Origin: Mantamonas sphyraenae STR306
Lineage: Eukaryota; Protista; CRuMs
NCBI GenBank assembly: GCA_026936335.1
Contig: JAPMXV010000029.1
Location: 62,001-126,000, forward strand
Direction: 5' to 3'
Length of the DNA: 64,000 bases
The translations under genes and the position numbers were made by a program. How positions within the stretch are numbered: position 1 is the first letter of the stretch; each line of letters begins with the position of its first letter. Under the pieces are notes generated by a model, which was given only the letters and a program-made list of their open reading frames with translations, ran no database searches and was not told the DNA's origin. Shown piece after piece: positions 1 through 11,361 of the stretch.

Positions 1-2628
1 ACTGCCGACTGCCATACCAGCCGGCGTGGTGCATGTCAACACGGTGTCACTCACCATGGTGGCACTCACCGACGATCCACCCCCGAATCTGCACTTGATG
101 AGCGCCGGGCTGTTGTCCGTCAGGTTGAACCCATGCCCGTGAATGGTCACCACAGTACCACCACTTGTGGGTCCCCACAACGGCGATATGCTGTCCACAC
201 GGAAGAATCGCAACTCTTTCCACGGGCTCCATTGCTGCCCATTGAGCGCGATGCCCACTTCAGCATATCCGCTTGCGGGGATCGCCGGCAGCGTAGCACG
301 CACAAGCACGTTGCTGACCCAGGTGCCCGTCACAGTTACCACCGTGTTGCCACTGCTACGCACTCGTGCACGTATCTCCACACCCGTGTTTGCAAATTGC
401 TTTCCTCCGTCCGGAGCCAAGTCCAAAGAGATGCCTGACGTGGACACTGGCAACGTCCGTGGAGTGGCTCCAGCCAGCCCATGATCTCCGTACAACCCAA
501 ACGAAATGGACCCTCCTACATACTGCACGCCATTGGGTGCAACCGTGACTTGTGTTGCGTGGGTCGCTCCGGGATCTAGCGCTGGGATGTTGAACGCAGG
601 TGTCGTCACCAGAATTCCACTGCCCACAAACGCTGCGTTCGGCTGCTTTGCGGCGGTCGTTCCGGTGGGATCCATGTTCACCACAGGCGTGTCCCCTCCG
701 TTTGTGAACGATGTCCCAGACAAGGTGATCACGGTGCCTCCACTGCTCAGGCCGCTGTACACCGTCGATGTCGTCAGTGTCATTGCGGACGTGTAAACGA
801 GAAATCCAGGCGACTGCACCACAGAGTACTGCTGTCCGTTCAGGGTCACGTAGACAAGGCCACGTTGTGCATGCGCTGTGGCTGGCGAGGTGGTGCATTG
901 CACCACCGTCCCTGAGGCCGATACAGTGGCCGCTACAGACACGTTTGTCGCCCCGCCGTTGGTTTCAAAAACACACTTGGAGGCTGCAGGCACGTGTCCG
1001 GTCGCGTTTTGAGCGTGGATGTCAACGACGGTGTTTCCAGACGATGGTCCGCTCACGGGGCTCAGCGCCAGCATATCTCCAGAGTAAAAGGAGAATGTGG
1101 GCGGCACGAACAACGGGCTGGTATTGTTCGACAGGATACTGACTGTGGCGCGTGCAGGATGGTCAAACGAAGGAGAGCGGCAAACCAGCTTGGATGAGCT
1201 CACCAGTTCGCACTGCGTCGACGCATGCTGGATTCCGCCAGAGACAAACGTCGGTTTGTCCGACGCGTCAAACACGCCGCCGACAATGGTTATCAGAGTG
1301 TCTCCACTTGTAGGACCGGCTTCAGGAGTGATGCCATTGACAACGGGGAAGGTTGCGTTGCACACGGTCGAACCCGGCAAAAAGTTTGCTGATCCCTCTG
1401 GGCAACTTGCACACGAGGTCACTCCGGTTGTGTTGGCAAAGGTGCCCGCCCGGCAGAGAGGACAGTCCACCAGACCGTTGTCTCCCGTCACAGCGGTTTG
1501 CAGGACGGAACCTGAAAAGGTGCCCACCTGTGTGCAGTTGAACACGGACTTGGTCATGCTCAGCACAGAGTCGATCCCGCCATTGTTGGCACTACTGAGT
1601 GCGCCCGAAGTGTACCCGGCCACAAAAACCATGCCTGTGGCGGATACGGCAACGGCACGGCCAAAATCGTCCGCAGCTGTGCCCCACACCTTGGTCCACA
1701 CAGTGGTCCCAGCCGAGTTCAGCTTCACGACAAAGATGTCCTTCAGCCCGGCATTGACTTGGCCACCCAAGTTTCCCGTGGTGATGCCAACGACGTAGAT
1801 GTCGTGCGCGGTGGACACGGCTACACCGTACGCCACTTCGTTGCCCGACGTGCCGATTTGTCTCGTCCACTGTCGTCCTCCGGTTGCGTTCCACTTGGTG
1901 ACAAACGCGTCGTCGCCCCCATGAAACTGTTGTCCGTCCAACGATGCTGACGTGTAGCCGGCAACATAGGCGTCACCCGAGGCAGACACAGCCACATCCT
2001 GCCCAGACTCCTCGCCGGGACTTGACAGCTCTCGAGCCCACAGCAATTGACCCATCGCATTCCAGCGGGCCAGAAACACGTCGTTCGCTCCGTTGACGTC
2101 TCCTGTGACCAAAATGTCACCGTTGGACGCAACCGCCACTCCGTTGCCGTTGTCGTTTTGTGCTCCACCGTACAGACCGCTGGCGTTGGCGCTCAACTCG
2201 CCACCGGGAGGCAGATACACAAAAAAGGCGTCCAGGCCTCCATTCGGCTGGTTTCCGTACAATGCAGACGATCGTGATCCGGCAATCACGACTCCTTGGT
2301 CAGGAGCGGTGGCGATGGCACGGATGTCGGCAAAGTTGCGACTCCAAACAGTCACTCCCTTCTTGTCCAACTTGAGCAGCGGACCGGCCGTGGTTGCTGT
2401 GTACAAGCTATCGTTGCTGCTTGAAACGTACTGGCTGTCCATAGGAGCGACCGACGGCTGACGTTGGCCAGCAGGTGTCACTCGTGCCAGTTCCCGGTTG
2501 GAGCCGACCACAATGTTTCCATCCTCCTCAATGGCCACCGACATCGCCATGTCGTCGTTCGACGTTCCCCACTGTTCGGTCCAGTCGGCACAAACAGACC
2601 CACACAGACACAGCACGATCAGGGCCAT
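1..2628 (-). CDS. Secreted/cell-surface protein: signal peptide, SBBP-type beta-propeller repeats, Cys-rich CxxC linker, multiple IPT/TIG repeats; runs off left edge (>=876 aa)
   Basis: Manual translation gives an unbroken minus frame from ATG 2628 to base 1 (absent from the ORF track because there is no stop). MALIVLCLCGSVCA signal; repeats such as GQDVAVSASGDAYVAGYT, DAFVTKWNATGGRQWTRQIGT, DIFVVKLNSAGTTVWTK; CPLCRAGTF..SCASCPEGS; IPT starts ITPEAGPTSGDTLITIVG and ISPLWGPTSGGTVVTIHGHGF. Confidence 0.85.
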   Translation of the reverse strand, partial: MALIVLCLCGSVCADWTEQWGTSNDDMAMSVAIEEDGNIVVGSNRELARVTPAGQRQPSVAPMDSQYVSSSNDSLYTATTAGPLLKLDKKGVTVWSRNFADIRAIATAPDQGVVIAGSRSSALYGNQPNGGLDAFFVYLPPGGELSANASGLYGGAQNDNGNGVAVASNGDILVTGDVNGANDVFLARWNAMGQLLWARELSSPGEESGQDVAVSASGDAYVAGYTSASLDGQQFHGGDDAFVTKWNATGGRQWTRQIGTSGNEVAYGVAVSTAHDIYVVGITTGNLGGQVNAGLKDIFVVKLNSAGTTVWTKVWGTAADDFGRAVAVSATGMVFVAGYTSGALSSANNGGIDSVLSMTKSVFNCTQVGTFSGSVLQTAVTGDNGLVDCPLCRAGTFANTTGVTSCASCPEGSANFLPGSTVCNATFPVVNGITPEAGPTSGDTLITIVGGVFDASDKPTFVSGGIQHASTQCELVSSSKLVCRSPSFDHPARATVSILSNNTSPLFVPPTFSFYSGDMLALSPVSGPSSGNTVVDIHAQNATGHVPAASKCVFETNGGATNVSVAATVSASGTVVQCTTSPATAHAQRGLVYVTLNGQQYSVVQSPGFLVYTSAMTLTTSTVYSGLSSGGTVITLSGTSFTNGGDTPVVNMDPTGTTAAKQPNAAFVGSGILVTTPAFNIPALDPGATHATQVTVAPNGVQYVGGSISFGLYGDHGLAGATPRTLPVSTSGISLDLAPDGGKQFANTGVEIRARVRSSGNTVVTVTGTWVSNVLVRATLPAIPASGYAEVGIALNGQQWSPWKELRFFRVDSISPLWGPTSGGTVVTIHGHGFNLTDNSPALIKCRFGGGSSVSATMVSDTVLTCTTPAGMAVGS

Positions 2629-3179
2629 CGCCAAAACACGCTGCAGAATCCACACACAATTTTGTCAGCAGAGCCCGAACCAGCTGCGATCCTGCTGCAA
2701 AAACGAAAGGAATTCGTGCTGGGACTTTGAGAAGACATTGCATGCAACACAACAGCAGACACACACATGAAATCCCGGGAAACTCCACTGACCTGGTTGC
2801 GAGAGCGAGAGGGAGGGACGTTTTCACATGCCTTTTTTGGAAATGTCCAGTGGTGGCTCCCGGAGCCGCTTGGTATGGGGTCCTGCAACGAAAACGAAGC
2901 GTGCAAAAAATGCGCACCCCCGTGAATAGTTGGGTTTGCCCGAGAGAGAAGCCCCTTTGGGCTCCCCCGTGCTGAGAAAGTGGCATTGGGCGCCCCAGGA
3001 GGGCCCGGGTGTACCGAGCGAAGCGCGTCGCTGCCGTTCGCTTGTTTTAACGTTTCAGTCATCGTACGTGGATCGTGATGAAGGTTGACGTTGGTGAAAT
3101 GACCTGGCTCAAAAGCGGCAGTCATTTTCGTTGTGGCTCCAAGCGCAGGGTCGAGGTGTAGTGAGCGGCCTGCGCCATC

Positions 3180-3500
3180 GCGCCACACTCGAACATCGCC
3201 TCCCTCTCCTCACCATTCATCACCAACGCCACCTCTATCGCCTCGTCCACCTGGGCACCCCGCCCATCTGCCTTTAACCAAAATATCACCAACACCCACA
3301 GCGTACCACCACCACCACCCCCATGGACCAAGACTGCTCAAGCACTACGAAGCAACAGCACACAGCGTGCGTTCTGCCTTCCACTCCGTTTTTCTGACTG
3401 CCCGGTTCTGCCATGTCTCCGTCGCTTCCCTGCACTCCTCCCCTGCGTTTCCACTTTCCCATCACCACCGTTGCTGCCTTCTCCGCTCTTTCTCCCACCC
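3180..3500 (-). pseudogene. Relic of the LRR/ankyrin/F-box gene C-terminal region plus flanking sequence shared with 42120-42440
   Basis: Encodes AQVDEAIEVALVMNGEEREAMFECG, near-identical to the 5550-7044 product. 3250-3495 aligns by eye with the reverse complement of about 42125-42430 (aaccaaaatatcaccaacacccaca, gccttccactccgtttt, ccatcaccac..ttgctgccttctccgctct). Confidence 0.75.
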
Positions 3501-5549
3501 CCACTCGGCTGCTGCCCACCCGAATGCCTCCCCACCCCCCGTCCATCCAACAGGCCCAGGTCACTCCACCCACGCGACTGCAGTCACACCCACCCACACA
3601 TACCGCGCACTGCGACAACCACCCACAGGATGCGCCCCATATCACCCACGCCAAGTTTAATGTCACCATTCCCCCTTTGCAGCCCCTGCTTACTCCTTTC
3701 TACTCTCCTCCTCTCCTTCTCTCTGTTCCATCTGATCCTACCATGGCACAGGAGGAGGAGCTGTGGTCCCGCCCAACACGATGCACATCCCCGTCAAACC
3801 ACACACCATGACCCGAGGATTTCTCCATGGACAGTGTGTGATGGTGTCGACCACCCCGCTGTGATGCGATGATGGGCCAGAACAGGTTCGCGTCTGGCGT
3901 CACCAACACACTCACACAGTGGGTCATGACACGCACCGAATCGACCGAAAGTCGCCCACCGTCCTTCCTCTCATACCACTTCACCTGTGAGCAAGCCCAT
4001 CGTCGTCTCGCTCCCTGTGTCTCCCAAACACCCTTGCCGACCTTGGCAAACACAGACTGGCTCCGTCAACCAACCGCCCCACCTCCTTGCCGGTGTCCAC
4101 TTTGCCTTCAACATGCCACTTGTGTGCCCTTCCTTGACCCCAGACGACTGCGTCGGCTTGCCACTTGGGTTCCACTCCCCGTAATGGCCCACAAGTTCGC
4201 GCCAGGATCAACCCCTCCCCAAATGGTCCCACACGCCACTCCTTGACCAGCAATCCACCCTGCTTCCCACCACCCATAACACTCCCTCCTGCGCCAACCT
4301 CTTGACTCTACAGCCCCCTTCAACCACACATCCCCTGTCCCACAGACACCCCGACCCCCTCTTCGTTGCCCACAAACACCAGTGTGCACCAGAATGGGTT
4401 CACAATGGGATGGCCATGGCCATGTCAACCTCCATCCCCGTTGGTGTGGTCGTTGTTGCCCTTGCTTTGCAGTACACCGCCCCTCAGCAGTATCGACACC
4501 CTCCTTCCTTCAGACCCGCATCCACAGGCAGCAGACCCTGTCTCTGGTCCACCAGTTGGGTCCCGAGCAGCCATTGCGAATCATTGTGGACGCGCTTTGA
4601 AGACGGGTGTGGCCACACGTGCGTCCTCGGCGGTTCTTGCTCTCACCCACCACAACCACCATGCACCCTCCCATGGCATCCCAACCCCACTGTTTACATC
4701 CACCAGCGCAGTGTGTGTGCGTTTCTTCAGTACGTTGGTACGACTCAAGCGCACACAGAGGGTGAAACAAGCACCCAAGAACCACCGCCTCCTGGTTCCC
4801 GTTGGCCACCTTGCACACAACCACCCCCCTGTGCACCCACTGCCAAGCGGGGCGTTGCCCACTTTACAAAAGCACTCCAGCCTGGGCTGATTACCCTGTC
4901 CACTGCCATGTCCCCTGACACTCTGACTACGGCGCCTCCACGCGCCATATTCCTTCCCGCCAACAAACACCCTCCACCACGCCCACGTCCCTTTTCACAC
5001 ATCATGGTTCCACTGTGGTCAATTCCAGCTCAACTCTGCATGATTGTGGATGCATCCATGGACGGTTGGACAGCGCATCGATGTGTTCAGCCCGTGCTTC
5101 GTCTCCCTTAGCCCACCGTCCCCGCGACCCAGCCTCCCGTCTCCATTCCCGCATTGTACACAAAGTGCCACTGTGCAATGTTTACCCAATCAACATTTCC
5201 ATCACACGGGCAGTGAACATGGCCATGCACTGCATTCACTTGCCACTCACTGCGCCACTCTCAGCTCCTCCTCCTCTTCCTCCCTCCCCGCACACGCCTG
5301 TGCCGTGTCCTCACATCTCACAACAACGCAATCGTTGCCATGGTTGCCCCCACATGCGACACTCGCTCCCTGGCTATCCCCTCACCCTCCCCTTCCTCTG
5401 AATCCACCAAGTCACCCTCCTTCCTGCTTCAAAGGAACGTCCATTCCTCCTGCTAATCACACCCCAATCGTCACTCCTCCACACGTTGCCTCTTCTCCAT
5501 CTCTCCTTTCTCCTCCTCTTCAGCCTCATCTCCCTCACGCTTCCTCGTC

Positions 5550-7044
5550 TCACCTGGGCGCAGCACCCCTCCCCACCCACTCAATCACCCTCTCCATCAC
5601 CTCATCCGGCAGTGTCATCCACTGTGCAGTCGGTTCATACTCCTCCATCCCTCCACACTCAAACATTGCCTCCCGCTCCTCCCCATTCATCACCAACGCC
5701 ACCTCCATCGCCTCATCCACCTGCCCACCCCATCCGATCCAATGCCACGCCTTCCTCCACCCTTCCTCCCTCACCATCTCCACCGTTTCCATCCTCGGCC
5801 AGGCACCCCACGCCCGCAACACCTCCACAATCCTCTCATCCCCTCGCTTCACGGCTCGCTCCAGCGCCGTAGACCTCTCAAACTGTCGCCCCTCTGCAAA
5901 CGTGTCCACAGGCACCCCCCACTCCCTCAACGCAGCCATCTTCTCCACATCCCCACACTCCACAAACTCCACGTGCTGCGTCCTGTTTCTCTTTAGGAGC
6001 GACTCCAAAGCGTCATCGAAAACGCCCAGGATATCCCAACACGACCGATTGACCTCCATTGCCATGGCCAGAGCTGCTGCCCCTTCGTCCCCGATGTCGT
6101 TGTTTCTGAGGTGCAGTGTCTGCAAGCTGTTGTTCTCACTCAGCCCCTGCGCCAGTGCTGCTGCTCCTGGGTCCCCAATGCTGTTGTACGCAACTTGCAG
6201 TGTCTGCAAGTTGCTGTTCTTACTCAGTGCCTGTGCAAGTGCCGTTGCTCCTTCTGCACCGATGCTGTTGCGGCTGAGTTTCAGAGTCTGCAAGCTGCTG
6301 TTTACACCCAGTGCCTGGCCCAGTGCTGCTGCTCCTTCTGCCCCGATGCTGTTGTTGTAAAGGATCAGCGTCTGCAGGGAACTGTTGTCAGCCATCGCCT
6401 GCCCCAGTGCTGCTGCTCCTTCGTCCCCGATCATGTTGTCGTAAAGGTTCAGCCTCTGCAGGCTACTGTTCTCTCTCAGTGCCTGCCCCAGAGCTGATGC
6501 ACCTTTGTCACCGATGCTGTTGTGGCCGAGGTTCAGTGTCTGCAAGCTGCAGTTCCCATTCAGTGCCTGCGCCAGTGCTGCAGCTCCTTCTGCCTCGATG
6601 CCGTTGATGCTGAGATCCAATGTTTGCAAGGTGTTGTTGACACACAGTGCCCGCGCCACTGCTGCTGCCCCCACTGCCCCGATCCTGTTGCGACCAAGTA
6701 CCAGTTCCTGCAGGCTTTTGTTGATACTCAGTGCCTGTGCCAATGATGCTGCTTCTTCTGCCCCGATGTTGTTCAACTGGAGCGTCAACGTTGTCAGGCT
6801 GGTGTTCGCAGCCAGCGCCTTGGCCAGTGCTACTGCCACATTGTCTTCTAACTGCTTTTGATTAATGCGCAACCGCTGTGAACCACGTAACGTGTCAGTA
6901 CACGCTCCACTCTTGCCCTTCACCCGCTTCTTTCCCGCTCTTCCTTGCGTTCCGGTCCCAGCCTACCTGTCCCTGTGCCTCCAGTGCACTACAAATCTGT
7001 GCATGGTCCCCGTTCTTAAGCAGATCAATCCAATCGGTATTCAT
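5550..7044 (-). CDS. Ribonuclease-inhibitor-type LRR protein (9-10 x 28 aa) + ~2 ankyrin repeats + C-terminal F-box-like motif; predicted intron 6876-6966
   Basis: Repeats NSSLQTLxLxxNSIGxEGAAALxQAL; ankyrin-like STALERAVKRGDERIVEVLRAWGA; WMTLPDEVMERVIEWV. A cag|gtaggc ... ttcacag| intron joins MNTDWIDLL..AQGQ in frame to RLRINQKQL. A one-base shift near 5553 would extend the protein to RKRE..EKRQRVEE* (stop at 5471). Confidence 0.8.
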
Positions 7045-8987
7045 CTGTGTGCCCAATCTGTGTCTGCTCTCCGTTGTGAGCGTCGTGTGCACCACGCGCC
7101 CACTCTCCCTCCCACAGCGACCGCCCCCCCTTCCATTCCTCCCCTCAACAACCCAATAACCGTTTGTTCTCCACCCAGTCACCTCACTTACCCTGAGATT
7201 CCTGTTCAATGTCACCGATTCCAAAATGCGTTGCGTCGTTCCGCGCCTTCACCGCCACGCTCCGCCCAATATCCTCTCCTCGTACGCTGCATACTCCCAA
7301 TTCCCACTCCTCTGGGAGTCTTGAAGCCCCTTCTGTGCATCCATGTCCACCATGTCACCCATGACACACGTGATAGACTCGGCAGGAAAATTCTTGTCTG
7401 ACACGTTGGTCCTCCTCCTCCGTTGAGTTGCGCTGTTGGCTGCTACCTTCGGGTTGACTCATAATGTTCGGGGTCCATCATCCGTTCCCAAAATGTGAAC
7501 GGCGTTCTTTTTCTCCACCTCTTCGAGTCAGGAAAATCTCATAGCTGCACGTGAGACTCAACAGAGACCAAAGAACCGCCTTGGATGACTCACCCATCCA
7601 TCACGACCCCACTGGTGGCGTCCCTGTCGCCCACACGTTCTCAATCATCCACACAGGTCGGTCGAAAATAGCAAGGCGTTTCACATCGCACTTGAAATGG
7701 TCGCAGATGGGAACACACATCACCAGCTTCATCCATTGGGATACCCGTGCATGTGTGTGCACCCACACTGAAGTTGTGGTCCTGGGGACACATGCACACA
7801 CCCACCCGCCGAGTTGCGCCTTTGCACCCACCAGAGTTCCCGCCCCCCTCCAACATCGTGGAACAGTAGTGAGAATGACGTTGCACCAACACATGCACCA
7901 ACATATGTGCGGTGGCGTACTGTCGTCAAAGTCGGTTCGAATGTCCTCCCTGCCTCTGTGATGGGATTCTGGCAGACGGCGACCAAGGCGCCCGTCGACA
8001 CGACCGGCAACCGAGGCCGCGTTCAACACCATGGGCGCCTTATCACACCTTGGAACCGGACAGATGCACCAATCCCACGTCTGAGGGGCCTGTGGCACCA
8101 TCCCCAGTCGTGCCTCGGATGTCCTCCGTGGCACACGTCACGCTTTTGGCGGCCCGTGCGCTCCGGCTTGTTCTCGCGCTTCAGACGCACTCTCAAGCCG
8201 CCTCTGTGGCTGCAGACACAACTCGCACGCACGCGAGAACAACCTCATGATCAGTTGGGTCAAGGCTAGGTCAACCCAGTCCGAAGCCAAAGGGAAGCCA
8301 CGCACGCACAGGCGTGTGTGTGACACGTGGAAAGTTCGCGCGTGAAAAAGGCGCTGCTCGCCCCGACCCAAGGAGAGAGAAGTCGCCACAGAGGGAGAAC
8401 AAAGGGATGGACAAACCGCAGAACGTGTGCATCCACCCATGAAGAGAAACACAGGGTGTTTGCGTGGTGGACGTGAGGAGGGTGCGAGTGTGTGTGGAGC
8501 AGTGCGCGGGAGTGTGGGCGCGTCTCCAGGAACCCCCCCTCTCCCCCGGGGGACGTGTTCTGTGGGTCCGTTCCAGTGTCCATCGGCCATGGGCTTTGGC
8601 AAGCCAGAAGTGGACGCAGCATGGAGGCGCTGGTTGGAGGATGAAAGGGGGAGACAAGCGTAGCAGCAGGCAGCTGGAGGCCACGTCGACGTGCGACGCG
8701 CCAAGTTGCAACCACAACCACAACGACAATGACAACGAAGAAGATGGAACTGGGTACGTGGAAGGGGCATGGTGGAGGGTGGGTAACCCCCCATCCCATC
8801 CCAACGACCCTCCCTCACCCAACAACGGGGACGGAGGACGGTGGAGGGCAGACTCAGAAGAGGACAATCCCGCCATGGAACACGAGTGACCGCGCATGGT
8901 GTGTGGGTGTCCAAACGAGGAACCTGCTTTGCATGTGCAGTGACGACACTACCAAGCAAGAGGACTCGACTGAATGCCCTCCAATAA

Positions 8988-10046
8988 GTATCGTGGCGTT
9001 CAGCGCGCTGTGGTCAGCAACGCAAAAAGACCTTCAAAACGAATGCAACGGGTGGGTCATACATCCACGGCAAAGCCTTTTCGGCGGACAATCGAGAATG
9101 CATTCTCTTTCACTACCAATCCAGCCTGCGTCCTTCGTGCAGAGGCACAGCGGAGGCTCTCGGTGTGTCTCCTTCCGTCGTGTCCAAGTTTGTACGTCAA
9201 CACCGAGCCATGGGCCATGTACGCCCTCTTGTGGCCCAACCACCGTCCAGGCGTCTCCTGGATGCCAATGACGACCAGTTCATTGCTGAACAGGTGGCCG
9301 GTGATCCGCGACTGTACCTGGACGAGTTGCAAGTAGCCGTTGCTCTTCATCGCAACAAGGTGGTATCTCTGTCCACAATTCGCCGTTCTTGTGCGCCCAT
9401 GGGACTGAATCGCAAGAAGGTGAGTGCTATCGCCAAGCAACGGTTCAGGGAATCCACCGTGGCGCGCACACGCGAGTTTACTCGAGCAATGAGGATTCGC
9501 GGTGTGTTCCGAGCGCCGAACGTGGTCTTCTTGGACGAAACTGCAGTGAACAACAGAGTGTGCTACAGGAGATATGGTCGTGCGAAACGTGGGCAACCAG
9601 CGGTCGTTGTGGAGAACCATCCCAAGCAAAAGCGCATCAGCGTGCTGGCGGCCATCAGCACCGGTGGGCGCTCGCCGCTGGTAGCGTACACAATGCGAGA
9701 GGGGTCATACAACCGGCAGCTGTTTATGGAGTTCCTGGAGCAAGATCTCTTGCCCCGCATGCGAGATTGCCGCCAAACAGTTTTGGTCATGGACAACTGC
9801 TCCATCCACAAAGGCGATGCTGTACGCCAGCTGTGCACCTGGTATGGGGTGGATGTCGAGTTTCTCCCGCCTTACACACCTACGCTCAACCCCATCGAGC
9901 TCATGTTTAGCAAGTTCAAGGCGGTCCTCCGCAGGGAATTTCATCGAGTGGATATTTGCACATTCGCGGCGATCTGTACTGCATTGGGGCATGTTACGGC
10001 TGCTGATGTGAGGAACTGGGTCCATCACTGCGGGTACCGCATGTAG
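8988..10046 (+). mobile_element. IS630/Tc1/mariner-superfamily DD34E transposase with paired-like N-terminal HTH; start codon and TIRs unresolved
   Basis: VVFLDET, VLVMDNCSIHK, FLPPYTPTLNPIELMFSKFK with 34 residues between the second D and the E. Frame is open from 8988: NATGGSYIHGKAFS..RPSCRGTAEALGVSPSVVSKFVRQHRAMGHVRP. Confidence 0.92.
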
Positions 10047-11361
10047 GATCGTGGAGCGTAGCCATTCAGGGCGCACGCTGGTGCTGGAAAACCCGTACTC
10101 CCAATGCCATCTTTGTGTCGGGGGGGGCTCAAAGAGAAGCAGGGAGGGCTAAGTGGGGCACCTACAAGGCGTGGAGAGTGCCCACCTCCCCTGGCAGCAG
10201 TCACCCGAGTCAGGAGCGACGGCCTTGCAACCGGGCTTTGCGAACAGTACCATGCGCCCCGTGCATAAACAATCCATGGAACGCCTGCATACAGTCATCA
10301 TGCCACATGGTCCTCTGGTTTTGGCTCCAACACCCGTGGGAGGAGCAGCATGCAGGTTGACGCCGTTGAGATGCACCCCTTCACAACCAGTACAATTATT
10401 GTGCACATGCGTCTCCCCTCAGCAGACCCATGTCCCAATATGTATCTACAAACACCATGAGACAGCCTGTGAAGCCCGATACCGTGGATTCACAACCTGA
10501 TTTTCACGTAGCCTGACAAGGCGGTTCTTTGTGTCGTCGAGGACGGCCAAGGCCCCACGGCAAGGGGCGCTTCCTGCTGTAGTGTCTTGGTGTGGTCGCA
10601 CAGCCTTTCCACTTGACTCTGTTTGGTTCCTGTGGACGTGTCCCACTTGCTGGTTACGCGACGGCAACGAAGCATCACCCTTTGCCCGTGCGGTGCCCAG
10701 CGCTGCGTCTGCCGGTTTGGTGGGCAATCGGGCGTCGTACACGGAGCATACTGAAAACGGGGACAGCACATCACACCCACATTTGCATGTAGAGGCGACG
10801 ACGCAGCGCGACGACGCGGCAACTTCACGCCACTCATCAATTTCTTGGCGTTGTGGCCATGCCTCCTACCTTTCAACCCCTCCTCGGTGATCTATCTCCT
10901 GCTGGATTGAGTTTGCCAGGTACAAAACAGCCGAGACTCTATTGTGACGTGCAACGCCTGCGAAAGCAGCACCCCACCTTCCTCGCCCTCCTGGTCGTCC
11001 AGGTCCAGGCTCTGTTCCCTCTGTTCCTCAACATCGTTACATGGGCCACTGTGCTCCTCAGTGAATGTGAACTGCAGGATCTCAACTCTCTGTGCCGGCA
11101 AACGGCCAACGTGCGTTTCGATGTTCTCGTCGGCAACGGCGTGCGCGGGGCCCTTCCAGAGCAGCAAGTGACGTGGGTAGGGCTGTGGAGGATGGGGCTT
11201 GTGAACTGTGTGCAAGTGCTCGGGGGCGTCGGAGAGGGCAACAAGCTTTCTGTGGCATTTGACAGCGAGGCGCGAGGCTTGACGTTTGACAACTGACCTG
11301 CTCTGAAAAGCGGCGGCTCGCCCAAGTGCGCGGGTGGAGTCAATAGTTTCAAGAGTGTACA

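Noticed and set aside
3500-5400. ORFs in 3500-5400 (also 7300-8900, 23900-24780, 57960-58620, 62700-63300)
   Set aside because: No recognisable domains or consistent frames; probably degraded or intergenic sequence.
2945-10140. About 40-bp imperfect inverted similarity between 2948-2990 and 10098-10140 (tggcattggg core; TA-CTCCC start) as TIRs of the transposon
   Set aside because: Short and degenerate, oriented outward relative to the TA, and no matching partner for ggtgctggaaaacccg-TA was found upstream of the transposase.
10853-11296. 147-aa ORF upstream of giant gene 1
   Set aside because: Plausible composition but no recognisable motif, so it cannot be supported.
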